From a virus (Duplodnaviria > Caudoviricetes): 64,000 nt of DNA. This document shows positions 1 through 8,795 of this stretch, one piece after another. The DNA is taken from positions 32,001 to 96,000 of IMG/VR virus record IMGVR_UViG_2914436621_000001; one strand, given 5' to 3'. Position numbers and translations under genes: made by a program. The notes under the pieces are model-generated. The model ran no database searches. It was not told the origin of the DNA and was given only the letters and a program-made list of their open reading frames with translations. Every line of letters begins with the position of its first letter. The stretch's first letter is position 1.

Positions 1-1
1 T

Positions 2-274
2 GATCGCCAGGTCGATAATTTCTAGTTCATCAATGTCACCGCCACCCCGCTGCCGTCGCGGAGCTGGCTCTTTTTTGGGGGATGAGTCCAGAATTCCGGA
101 CTGCTTGGGTTTGGCATTGATGGAAATAACTTTTTGCTCTCGCCAGTTGCCATCGTCTGCCCAACGTTCGATCGTGCGGCGGCTGACCCCTAATCGCTGA
201 GCGATTGAGGCGATCGTTTCTCCGGCTAAAAGTGCTTGTTTGGCTACCTGCTTGCGTGGATCGTCCTGCGACAT
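2..274 (-). CDS. HTH protein, probable terminase small subunit (truncated by window edge)
   Basis: Manual translation MSQDDPRKQVAKQALLAGETIASIAQRLGVSRRTIERWADDGNW..., open to the edge; N-terminal HTH; lies downstream of the XerC-like gene, as the packaging genes do in element B. Confidence 0.6.
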   Translation of the reverse strand, partial: MSQDDPRKQVAKQALLAGETIASIAQRLGVSRRTIERWADDGNWREQKVISINAKPKQSGILDSSPKKEPAPRRQRGGGDIDELEIIDLAI

Positions 275-435
275 TGGCTGCGACACTGCGACATCGACAT
301 CGCCAGAATTCCTACAGCGTCAATGGTTCAGCCAATGTCGTAGCTGTGAAAATGCGTCACGGGGGCGATCACTCCTAGCAAAACCCCAGCCGCGATGGAC
401 TGGGGCATCATTTCCTTTAGCAATCAATCCGTCGG

Positions 436-666
436 CTAGAGTCGCCAGGTCGTAGAGCCGAGACTGTCTTGTGTCTCGGCTCCCCACACTTCAAATCCGA
501 GGTTGCGGAGTTGGAATGCGGCCTCCTCAAGGCTCAACGATCGTACAACACAAAACACGTAGAGCGCCGTATGGTGGCGGCAGGCGGCAACAGGCACTGC
601 CCAGCCCACCTGAAAAATGCTGTGATCGGGATTCTTGAGAATGAGCCGAAGAGTAGTAGGCACCAT
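436..666 (-). CDS. Hypothetical protein
   Basis: Starts right after the recombinase stop, same strand. Confidence 0.4.
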   Translation of the reverse strand: MVPTTLRLILKNPDHSIFQVGWAVPVAACRHHTALYVFCVVRSLSLEEAAFQLRNLGFEVWGAETQDSLGSTTWRL

Positions 667-667
667 G

Positions 668-1642
668 TCAATCGATCAAATCTGATAGCAGCCCTGTCAC
701 GCCTGCCTGAACCCCGGCACGGTTATCGTCATAAATCATGACGGTCTCGATTTTGGAGTGGCGGCTTAACTTTTGTACGCGCCGCACGTCCCCTCCGGTT
801 GCATCCAATGCTGCGGTAATGGCGCTGTGGCGACATCGATGGGGAGACATGACCTTATTAATGCCAGCCGCCTCAGCCGTCTCTCGCACTAATTTATAGA
901 TGGCGTTGCCGCTGAGTCGGTGCCCGTAGGAGACGCGATCGAGCGCAATAAATAGAGGATCGGTCGCCAATCCAGTGCCCTGTGCCAGCATCCAGGCGGC
1001 GATCGCCTCCGTTGACTTGCTTGATAGATCAATGGTTTGCGCCTGCGTGCCTCGCCCCTTGCCCAAAACCTTGAGCTTGCGGGCATCTGGGTCGAAGTCG
1101 CCGCGATCGCACTTCGACACCTCGCCCCGCCGCAGCGCATTGTCCCAGAGCAGCCGGAGGATGGCGTAGTCGCGCTTTCCTTTGAGAGTGGCGCGATCGG
1201 GCACGGCCAACAGTTTGCGATATTGCGCCTGGTCTACGCCGCTGGTGTCTCGATAGACCTGAACTTTCTCGCCTTGAACCTCCTCCAGGCTCCATTCACA
1301 CTTGCCGATTTTTTGGGCGAATTGAACCAGCGATCGAATTGCCGCCAGCCGTCGGTTGACCGTGGCCTCCTTCAACCCTCGCTGAATCAGATGCGATTTG
1401 TAATTGAGAACCAGGCCGATTGCCGTGAATCTCTCCAGCCGGAGGAATTCGCTGACCAGTTGGGGTGTGGGGTCGCGATCGCTGATGACGTGGAAGAAAT
1501 CGTTCAGGTCGCGTCGATAGGCTCGTTTGGTTTCCAGGCTGCGCTTGTCCTCTAGCAGCTCGGCAAGGATATCGCGCTCTTGAACTTTAAAGAAGCTGGA
1601 AGATGGAGCCTGGAAAGAGAGGGACGAAAGAGATTCAGCCAC
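668..1642 (-). CDS. XerC/D-like tyrosine recombinase (probable resolvase)
   Basis: RDYAILRLL..LRRGEV, SPHRCRHS, LSRHSKIETVMIY; GTG start at 1642 inferred from the paralog at 57724-58695 (ORF track extends to 1717). Confidence 0.92.
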   Translation of the reverse strand: MAESLSSLSFQAPSSSFFKVQERDILAELLEDKRSLETKRAYRRDLNDFFHVISDRDPTPQLVSEFLRLERFTAIGLVLNYKSHLIQRGLKEATVNRRLAAIRSLVQFAQKIGKCEWSLEEVQGEKVQVYRDTSGVDQAQYRKLLAVPDRATLKGKRDYAILRLLWDNALRRGEVSKCDRGDFDPDARKLKVLGKGRGTQAQTIDLSSKSTEAIAAWMLAQGTGLATDPLFIALDRVSYGHRLSGNAIYKLVRETAEAAGINKVMSPHRCRHSAITAALDATGGDVRRVQKLSRHSKIETVMIYDDNRAGVQAGVTGLLSDLID

Positions 1643-2423
1643 ACTGCACTTCCTCGTGTATCTGGGAAAGACGCTGGATTGAAGCTGCGTGGAATTTAGG
1701 ATCTCGCTCCACTGCAATGAAGTTGCGCCCAGTCGTTAAGCAGGCCGCAGCGGTAGAGCCAGACCCGCTGAATGGATCAAGGACGACTCCTCCGAGATCC
1801 GTGTAACTCAGCACCAGCCACTTCATCAGCTCTAATGGTTTTTGAGTAGGGTGGTAGGCTGCCTCCCCATTACGAAAGCCGCCAGAAACGTTATTGAACT
1901 TCAATACATCTCGTGGGTAGCGATCACCCGTGTTGTCTGTCTTCCTGCCAGCATGTCTACCATAGTGCTGGCAGACATGCTCGGAACTCTTTGCCTTATA
2001 AGGTTTTCCGGGGGTTTTCTGCGGGTTGTAAGTGCAGCGGGAGTCTGCATCCTTACCTCGGAAGCGGTGGCAGAAAACCAAAATCAACTCATGGCAGCGC
2101 AAGGGACGAATGTTGGCATCTAGAAACCCTAGAGCCATCGGTTTCTCCCAAACCAACTCATAGCGAAATTGTTTTCGGTTGCTAACAATTAACTCTGTCG
2201 CGAACGGCTGTTGAGCGAACAAGGCTTTGATGGCCTTTGGCTTACAAATCCGTTCTGCCTCACTCCAAAACAACTGCCAGTCAACCTTGGTATCCCAGGT
2301 GAAGTTGGTCGTGTTGTACGGCGGATCGCTAATTAATGCATCAATACATCCATCGGGCAGCGACCTCATTACCTCGATCGCTTCTCCTAACACCACTTGA
2401 TTCATCGGTAATGCGGAACTCAT
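1635..2423 (-). CDS. DNA methyltransferase, N4/N6 beta class
   Basis: DPPY motif IV, HPTQKP, VLDPFSGSGST motif I. Confidence 0.93.
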   Translation of the reverse strand: MSSALPMNQVVLGEAIEVMRSLPDGCIDALISDPPYNTTNFTWDTKVDWQLFWSEAERICKPKAIKALFAQQPFATELIVSNRKQFRYELVWEKPMALGFLDANIRPLRCHELILVFCHRFRGKDADSRCTYNPQKTPGKPYKAKSSEHVCQHYGRHAGRKTDNTGDRYPRDVLKFNNVSGGFRNGEAAYHPTQKPLELMKWLVLSYTDLGGVVLDPFSGSGSTAAACLTTGRNFIAVERDPKFHAASIQRLSQIHEEVQCG

Positions 2424-2463
2424 AATTCAAAACTCAGAACTCGTCGCCGCAGGGTTCCTACTG

Positions 2464-2497
2464 CAAGGGTGTGGTAATGGACATTTACGCACCCTTG
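2464..2497. promoter_or_regulatory. dif/lox-like inverted repeat, candidate recombinase site
   Basis: caagggtgtggtaa-tggaca-tttacgcacccttg: 14-6-14 with 11/14 arm match, upstream of the MTase-recombinase operon. Confidence 0.5.
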
Positions 2498-2658
2498 TCT
2501 GAGTATTTTTTCTCTAGACAAGGTAGCCAACTTTACAAAAACATTACGTAATTGCTAAGGCTTTGTAAATTACACGCCAACTCAGCAAAACCACAGAGCG
2601 AGAGTCTTTGTGGCAGCGGGTATGACTGAGATATGAGAGTGCAGGAGAAGCCCCCCCT

Positions 2659-3483
2659 TTGCCTCGATCGCTACAAACTTGGGCAAGGATGACAGCAATG
2701 GAACGGACACGCATGGCAACTGAGCAGGTTTGGTCTCGATATCGCAAAGTTGCAACCAGACGGGCGGAATTAACCACTCTGCGAAATAACATCGCGACGG
2801 CAAATGACAAGCTGGCGCTCAAAATCGCACACCGGATGGCCGCTCAGAGTGCGGAGCCGATTGACGATCTCATTCAACTGGCGAGAATTGGTCTGTTGAA
2901 GGCGGTTGAGAAATTCGATCCGACCAAGGGCGTGGCATTCAGCAGCTTTGCGGTGCCTTATATCCAGGGCGAGATCCTCCACTTCCAACGCGACCACTGG
3001 AGCCACGTCAAGGTACCGCGCCGCAGCCGCGAATTTTTTGCCAGGGTTAAGGCCACGCAGCGCAAGCTGGCTGCCAAAGGTCAAACGGTGGATGCTGAGA
3101 AAATTGCAATTTCTTTGTTGCTCAACGGGCGATATGCCACGCAGGAGGCGATCGCCGCTGCACGGGGGAAATGGCAACAGATTCAGGAAGAATGCGAGCG
3201 CAAGCCACTGCTGACGCTAGATGAGGTTCTGCATCATTCCGGTGCGGATGAGTTGGAGGATGAGTCAGAGGATGAGGCACTACGCAAAGAAGTGCGCCAA
3301 AACCTGGCTAAACTGCCCGATCGTCTGCGTCGCTGTATTGTGGAGCGCTATTTCGATGACCTCAGCGAAGAGCAAATCGCCAAACAGCAGAATGTGACGG
3401 TGGACGTGGTGCAGAGCTGGCTGAATGAAGGGTTGCAACGCCTGCGGATCGGGCATGATGGAGATCAGCAGCGCTTGGGTTAA
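2659..3483 (+). CDS. Sigma-70 family sigma factor (SigF/SigB-like)
   Basis: DDLIQLARIGLLKAVEKFDPTKGVAFSSFAVPYIQGEILH region 2; region 4 HTH at the C-terminus. Confidence 0.92.
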   Translation: MPRSLQTWARMTAMERTRMATEQVWSRYRKVATRRAELTTLRNNIATANDKLALKIAHRMAAQSAEPIDDLIQLARIGLLKAVEKFDPTKGVAFSSFAVPYIQGEILHFQRDHWSHVKVPRRSREFFARVKATQRKLAAKGQTVDAEKIAISLLLNGRYATQEAIAAARGKWQQIQEECERKPLLTLDEVLHHSGADELEDESEDEALRKEVRQNLAKLPDRLRRCIVERYFDDLSEEQIAKQQNVTVDVVQSWLNEGLQRLRIGHDGDQQRLG

Positions 3484-3486
3484 AAA

Positions 3487-4260
3487 ATGGCGACAGCAGT
3501 AGAAGTGTTGTATGACTTCGACTACAACCAGCTCGATGTAGAGCAGCGGGTTGTTGTGCAGCAGCGGACGAGCGAGATTAAGTCTCTGCTACGACACAGG
3601 GCACAAAATGCTGTTGAGATTGGACAGAAGTTGTTGGAAACCAAAGAAATTCTTGGTTATGGACATTACCGAGCCTGGATAGAATCTGAATTTGCCTTAG
3701 GCAAAACGATCGCCAATCATTTCGAGAATGTCGCCAAACAGTTTGCCAACGTCCCTAATGTGGACAGTTTCGACTCTAGTGCGCTCCGAGTGTTGGCAGC
3801 TCCGTCTGTTCCTGAGGAGATTAGACAAGAGGCGATCGCCCTGGCCGCTGCGGGGGAGTATGTCTCCCATGCCAAAGCCAAAGAGTTGACTGGCAAGGCC
3901 AAACCTGAAGCAAAGGAACTGTTTCAGCCCGGTCAGGCCGTTCAGGTAACGGATTTCGCGGCCAGCCACCAGGGAGAAACGGTAGAGGTATTAGAGGTCA
4001 GCCGAGACCTGATTGAATGCAAAACGCCAGACGGGGAAACGGTTTCGTTCTTTCGCTCTGATCTGGACACTGGCGAGGCAGCTCCATCCGCAAAGCCAGC
4101 ACCCAAACCGAAAGCTTCTAAGCCGCATCCGATCGCCACACTGGATGCCAAGTTAGACCTCGCCAGCACCCGACTGGAGTTGATGGCTGATTTGTTGCGG
4201 CGATCGCTCATCTATCTGCCACCCGAACTGAAGGCGGAGGCTGAAGAGCTTTTAAACTAA
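3487..4260 (+). CDS. DUF3102-like phage protein
   Basis: VEIGQKLLETKEILGYGHYRAWIESEF motif. Confidence 0.75.
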   Translation: MATAVEVLYDFDYNQLDVEQRVVVQQRTSEIKSLLRHRAQNAVEIGQKLLETKEILGYGHYRAWIESEFALGKTIANHFENVAKQFANVPNVDSFDSSALRVLAAPSVPEEIRQEAIALAAAGEYVSHAKAKELTGKAKPEAKELFQPGQAVQVTDFAASHQGETVEVLEVSRDLIECKTPDGETVSFFRSDLDTGEAAPSAKPAPKPKASKPHPIATLDAKLDLASTRLELMADLLRRSLIYLPPELKAEAEELLN

Positions 4261-4584
4261 GGTCGTGCGCTTAATTTCTTGACCCATCTCCTCTAGAGCA
4301 TTTGCCCAAGGCAATAGTGCTACTGCCTCGGTTGTGGCAGGAATGTGAGCAAACATCCATCTCCACAAACCGGCCTTAAGTGATTCGTCTTCTGCCGGGG
4401 GCGCTTCAATTTCAATCTGGTGTGCGGCACAGTAGCGGATTGCAGTTGCAGTTCTAATCAACAGCTCAACTACTTCTACTGCCTTGTGATCGTGCAAACA
4501 AATCCCAACCCTGTCGGCTAGCCAGTAGCGCAATTTGCTCTTGATGGAGCCGACAAGTGCCAAATCGATGTGCTGTACTTCCAT
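4252..4584 (-). CDS. Hypothetical protein
   Basis: 110-aa ORF filling the gap. Confidence 0.5.
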   Translation of the reverse strand: MEVQHIDLALVGSIKSKLRYWLADRVGICLHDHKAVEVVELLIRTATAIRYCAAHQIEIEAPPAEDESLKAGLWRWMFAHIPATTEAVALLPWANALEEMGQEIKRTTLV

Positions 4585-4674
4585 AATTCATGAGCGCTAT
4601 ACGATCGCGCCTCTCCTAAATCAGGATGCCCTTGCCGTAGGGAACGCTGGAGTTGCAGATTTACTCTCCCCTCC

Positions 4675-4848
4675 ATGCTCACCCGGCTACAAAAGCTTGA
4701 TCCAGATGCCATTACGACAATGGCTGGCATTGCAGGCGCGATAACGACTTATCTTGCCGCCCAACAGGTCTTAGACAGCCATACAGCTCAACTGATCAGC
4801 GCCGTGCTATTGCTGATCAACGGCTACTACACCAACCGCAGAGGGTAA
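4675..4848 (+). CDS. Small 2-TM holin-like protein (not in ORF track)
   Basis: Manual translation MLTRLQKLDPDAITTMAGIAGAITTYLAAQQVLDSHTAQLISAVLLLINGYYTNRRG; stop 4 nt before the next ORF. Confidence 0.6.
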   Translation: MLTRLQKLDPDAITTMAGIAGAITTYLAAQQVLDSHTAQLISAVLLLINGYYTNRRG

Positions 4849-4852
4849 GCGA

Positions 4853-5236
4853 GTGCCCTACAGACGCGCCTTACTCAGCCGTTATTTACGCAGCGAAATC
4901 TGGTTGGTGATCCTTTTCCTAGCGTTTGATTTCATAGCCTTTCCAACCCAAGTTGCTCAACGGCTGAATTTAGGCTGGGCATCTGTCGGTACATGGACTG
5001 TTTGGTTGACCGTAACGGCAGCGATTGGGCTGGTTGCCATCCACCGGAAAAGTGGGCGGCTGTGGCGGCTGTTCTGCGCCACTTCAATCTTTTTACTGCT
5101 GACCCTGGCAACGATTTGCCTTCTAGCCAAGGGATACACCGGGTTCACAACCTACGGCACGCTGGCCTACAGTGCCTTGCTGCGGCTGCTTGAGATTCCC
5201 TCATTCACCCTGTTTGGCACCAGACGGGAGGAATGA
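4853..5236 (+). CDS. Multi-TM membrane protein
   Basis: About four hydrophobic segments; overlaps the start of the next gene. Confidence 0.7.
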   Translation: MPYRRALLSRYLRSEIWLVILFLAFDFIAFPTQVAQRLNLGWASVGTWTVWLTVTAAIGLVAIHRKSGRLWRLFCATSIFLLLTLATICLLAKGYTGFTTYGTLAYSALLRLLEIPSFTLFGTRREE

Positions 5237-5586
5237 TGGACCCACAAATTTATCCGTATCTGGCTGGACTGGTTGGCGCGATCGCTGGCTCATGCATTTC
5301 TCTAATTAAGGAGCGGCGATCGGGCAAAACGCTGGATTTGGAATATGTGCGCGGTTTGATTGATGAACAGATTGAAGACCTGCGGACGGAGCGCGATAAG
5401 AGCAGGTCAGAGATGGTCAAACTGCGCGAGCGGATTGCTGTAATGGAATCCCATCTGCGAGCGATGGAGCAAAGAAAGAATTTAGAAATTGCCCAATTGC
5501 GTGAGGAAAACCAGGGACTGAGGCGGCTGAATGCCAAGCTGGCGGCTGAAAATGTGCAGTTCAAGGCTCGTCTTGGTGTAACCTGA
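5233..5586 (+). CDS. Membrane-anchored coiled-coil protein (lysis-cassette-like)
   Basis: N-terminal TM segment followed by a long heptad region. Confidence 0.7.
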   Translation: MMDPQIYPYLAGLVGAIAGSCISLIKERRSGKTLDLEYVRGLIDEQIEDLRTERDKSRSEMVKLRERIAVMESHLRAMEQRKNLEIAQLREENQGLRRLNAKLAAENVQFKARLGVT

Positions 5587-5591
5587 CCACT

Positions 5592-5618
5592 AAAAAACCC
5601 CGTCAATGGCGGGGTGTT
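5592..5618. terminator. Intrinsic terminator between convergent operons
   Basis: aaaaaaccccgtcaatggcggggtgtt hairpin. Confidence 0.65.
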
Positions 5619-5640
5619 CAGGGTGCATTTACTAGCCCTA

Positions 5641-6069
5641 TTATGTGCTCTGAGTCTTCCGTTGCTTCAGTTGGCGCAATAGTGCCACGGCTTTATCTGG
5701 TAGTGGATCAGCTTCAATTTTCACTTCCTTAAAGGTAACGAGCCGCTCGTAAATTGTTTCATCCCCGTCCTTTCCGGTGGCGCGACTGTACCAAATGGCA
5801 ACTCCAAACTTATTAACAGGGCAACGGCGAGTGTAAATTTTGCCGCCATGCCTGACTGCGATCGCGCCATGCTTGTCTTTGGCAATGATTTCGGCATTGA
5901 TTGAGTTCCAGGCAAACCCAGGATAGTCGGCTAAGTCTCTTACGATATCTGGTGCGGGTTGGGGCTGCGCTTCAAGTACGGTGGCAATCCGTTCGAGCTG
6001 AATGCAAATTTGGGCAAGGATGTCTGGGGTATCCATTGGGGTGGGGCACTCCTGATTGCCGTGGGTCAA
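5641..6069 (-). CDS. DdrB-like single-stranded DNA-binding protein
   Basis: F-x-W-x-x-I-x-A ... HGGKIYTRR ... AIWYSR pattern recalls Deinococcus DdrB. Confidence 0.6.
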   Translation of the reverse strand: MTHGNQECPTPMDTPDILAQICIQLERIATVLEAQPQPAPDIVRDLADYPGFAWNSINAEIIAKDKHGAIAVRHGGKIYTRRCPVNKFGVAIWYSRATGKDGDETIYERLVTFKEVKIEADPLPDKAVALLRQLKQRKTQST

Positions 6070-6128
6070 TGGTTTCTTTTAAAGCAATCGCCCCCTGCTG
6101 GTGACAAGAGGGCGATCGCCATCAAACG

Positions 6129-6464
6129 CTAGCTAGATTGTTTTGGTTGACAGGTTCCAGTCTCCTGATCCCATTGCCCTCCTAAACTTGTGCAAGTGTA
6201 GGTCGCAATTTGTGGAGCGGGTTCTGCGAGGGCAGGTTCAAACTGACACCGACCAGAGGTCTTGCGACAGCCTTCTGGCTGGGCAGGTTCACCCTGCTCA
6301 TCGCCACGTTGATTGATTTGGCCATCGTTGACGAGGGGAGGAGTGGATTGAACGAATAGACCGATTGAGATTGAAAGTTCAAGTAGCATGGTATTGCCTG
6401 TTAGCAGAATAGGTATCCAGCCGCTGACCCGTGGAAAGAGAGGCGGCTGGGTTAACTGGGGCAA
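6129..6464 (-). CDS. Hypothetical, possibly secreted Cys-containing protein
   Basis: Same-strand operon member; start uncertain. Confidence 0.45.
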   Translation of the reverse strand: MPQLTQPPLFPRVSGWIPILLTGNTMLLELSISIGLFVQSTPPLVNDGQINQRGDEQGEPAQPEGCRKTSGRCQFEPALAEPAPQIATYTCTSLGGQWDQETGTCQPKQSS

Positions 6465-6494
6465 CCTTGGAGAGGGGCTTCTTACAGGTGAAGA

Positions 6495-6845
6495 TTAGGC
6501 GCTGGCAGTACGCAACTCCATGATGGCGATCGCATGTCTCTGCTCTAACTTCGCGACAGAGAAGCGGTTGAGCAGAAGTTGCAATTCAATCTCCATCTCA
6601 GCATGTTTATCCTTGGCAGCTTGATAGACTTCAGCCACTTCCAAATATTCCGGAGACTCCAGCAATTCAGTTCGTTTCGCTTTGCGCTGAGCATCGTTTT
6701 TGAGGTCAGCATCAAAGGCGATCGCACTGTCAATCTTTGCAGTGAGCCGAGTTAGCTGCTCTTGCAATCGGCGCACAGTTCGTTCAGCCAGGAGTAGTTG
6801 GAATTGGGACTGAGCGATCGCTTCTGGATAGTTGGAAAGATTCAT
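6495..6845 (-). CDS. Coiled-coil hypothetical protein
   Basis: MNLSNYPEAIAQ...LKNDAQRKAKR; internal ATG chosen. Confidence 0.7.
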   Translation of the reverse strand: MNLSNYPEAIAQSQFQLLLAERTVRRLQEQLTRLTAKIDSAIAFDADLKNDAQRKAKRTELLESPEYLEVAEVYQAAKDKHAEMEIELQLLLNRFSVAKLEQRHAIAIMELRTASA

Positions 6846-6850
6846 GTTGG

Positions 6851-7117
6851 TCACCATTTGAAATTGCAAATCCAGCAGAGGCGTGGGGTGTTCTTCTGGC
6901 GCTTGAGTTGACGCTCTAGAGAGCGATCGCCAATCCATTCGCGTGCAACGATGAAGCCGATATCACGTTCTTTTGCCACTTGGCACAACCGTGAACCGTG
7001 ACCTCGTTCGTGCTGTGTAATGCGGTTCTCGATGTTGTCGCTATAGCCGAGATAATGCTGTGCGGTGTGGCGATCGCTGATGGGTCGATCGAAGTGGAGG
7101 AGGTAGCAGCCTTGCAT
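6851..7117 (-). CDS. Small GIY-YIG-like endonuclease
   Basis: GCYLLHF...HYLGYSDNIENRITQH...LERQLK; GGAGG RBS upstream. Confidence 0.8.
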   Translation of the reverse strand: MQGCYLLHFDRPISDRHTAQHYLGYSDNIENRITQHERGHGSRLCQVAKERDIGFIVAREWIGDRSLERQLKRQKNTPRLCWICNFKW

Positions 7118-7200
7118 CTACTACCTCCCTGACCCACGGTGGAAGCAGAGGGCAGCGGTGGAAGCTGCCCAGATGATTGGGTTCATCTGAGCAGTTCCTA

Positions 7201-7533
7201 CTAGCTAGCGATCGGAACCAGGTGAATCTTCATACCGTTTTGGCGAAGGTGCTCACTCTGCTGAGCGAATACCTCCTTCATGAATCCGAACTCAACTGCC
7301 ATGCTTTTGACGTTTGATTGAACCAGGGCAAACAGTTCGGTCAGTTCGGTAGGGTTGTCGCCGCGATCGTTCGCCTTCAACAACTCTTGAATGTGATCGG
7401 CCAGCATGGCTAGATCGTCAAGCACCAGGTCGTCAATTAATTCGGGTTCGGGGGCGATCGCTTCTGCTTGTGTCTCAAGCAATTGGTTTAATTCAGCTTG
7501 AGCGATCGTTTGGGTGTCGAGAGTGTATGTCAT
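7201..7533 (-). CDS. Hypothetical protein
   Basis: First gene of the leftward operon divergent from the XRE gene. Confidence 0.65.
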   Translation of the reverse strand: MTYTLDTQTIAQAELNQLLETQAEAIAPEPELIDDLVLDDLAMLADHIQELLKANDRGDNPTELTELFALVQSNVKSMAVEFGFMKEVFAQQSEHLRQNGMKIHLVPIAS

Positions 7534-7744
7534 ATTGGTTCTAGACCTTTAATTAAGGGTTCACTCAACCCGCTCCTTCTGCCGTTCCGCCAAGTTCGAT
7601 AGGAAGGAAGCGGGTTTTGGTTTGGCTGTTCTTCGCCTCACCTGAATTAAATATAACTCCAATTATTTGGATATGTCAATATTGATTGGATATTTGTGCT
7701 TTACTTGGAGTGCAAGCATTTTGTGATGTTCCAAGGAGGGATAT

Positions 7745-8005
7745 ATGCTGATTGTTGGAGTTCAACAACAGCCCGTGAAGTTAAGCTTTTCTGAGTGGCT
7801 CAAGGTGACACGCGATCGCACAGGAGTGACGCAGGCTCGATTAGCAGCAGAGTTGCAGGTCAGGCCGCAAACGATTAGCAACTGGGAGAACGGAGTATCT
7901 TCTCCGAGCCTTGATCCTGTTCAAATGCTCAAGCTCTGCACTTTGCTCAAGGTGAGCCTTGAAGAATTGGCGATTGCGTATCAAAGCGAAGGGCACGATG
8001 CCTAA
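7745..8005 (+). CDS. XRE-family HTH regulator
   Basis: TQARLAAELQVRPQTISNWENG. Confidence 0.9.
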   Translation: MLIVGVQQQPVKLSFSEWLKVTRDRTGVTQARLAAELQVRPQTISNWENGVSSPSLDPVQMLKLCTLLKVSLEELAIAYQSEGHDA

Positions 8006-8104
8006 ATACAAAAAACCGCCCCATGTGGGACAGCAAAGCAGTTAGTAGTGTAAGTGCGTGGCTCTCGAACGGAAAACCATTTACAAGGCTAGCGTTCCCG
8101 ATTC

Positions 8105-8138
8105 AAACAAAAGCACCCTGCCGAGGGTGCTTTTGTTT
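8105..8138. terminator. Bidirectional intrinsic terminator
   Basis: aaacaaaagcaccct-gccg-agggtgcttttgttt perfect stem between convergent genes. Confidence 0.8.
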
Positions 8139-8360
8139 TGCGGTGGTGGGGCGATCGCTCATCCGTTTGAAATCAGATGAGAAACAGTGTCTGAGGCAAG
8201 CTGCACTAAGGTTCTTGCTTGCAGAAGCTTGCCGTCACTGCTGCATTCATAGAGTCCGAGCTTTTCATTTTTGCTGGCCTCTGAAACGCCGAAAGGCTGA
8301 AATATCTTGTTAAATCCAGCTACCGATATGTTTGAGCCTTGCCAAGTCATCCGTACCTCC

Positions 8361-8777
8361 TTACTTTTTGCTTTGCTGTGGTGGGGCGATCGCCGCCCAA
8401 TCAAGACATTGAGGCTGTGGCTTTTCCACAGGATGAACTGAGCAGGGATTAGCTAGATAGTCGATCGCCGCCACGCTGAAATACTTGCAGTTAAAGCATT
8501 CTGCACATTCCTCAATCTCTTCGCGATCGCTGTAATGGCGGATCGCCAGACAACCGCCTACCAGCACCCAGGTCAGGCTAAGTCCCGTTGCGGTAGCTGA
8601 GGTCTGAACCACTCCAATAATTTGACCTTCCCGATGGTCGCTGATAAAAGGGCTGGCAACAAACAGGGTACTGGTGGATAGCAAGGTTGCAGCCAAAGCA
8701 CTCAGAAAGGTTGAAGCAGCGGCGCAGCAGTTAGCGCCAATGAGCTTTTCTGCAATGGTTCTTTTGGGGTCGGTCAT
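8361..8777 (-). CDS. 2-TM protein with Cys-rich C-terminus (DUF6464-like)
   Basis: CFNCKYFS...CSVHP...CLDW. Confidence 0.65.
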   Translation of the reverse strand: MTDPKRTIAEKLIGANCCAAASTFLSALAATLLSTSTLFVASPFISDHREGQIIGVVQTSATATGLSLTWVLVGGCLAIRHYSDREEIEECAECFNCKYFSVAAIDYLANPCSVHPVEKPQPQCLDWAAIAPPQQSKK

Positions 8778-8795
8778 GAATCAGTCCTTATCGAT

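Noticed and set aside
1635-2423. Restriction-modification system
   Set aside because: No adjacent restriction endonuclease; orphan MTases are common in prophages
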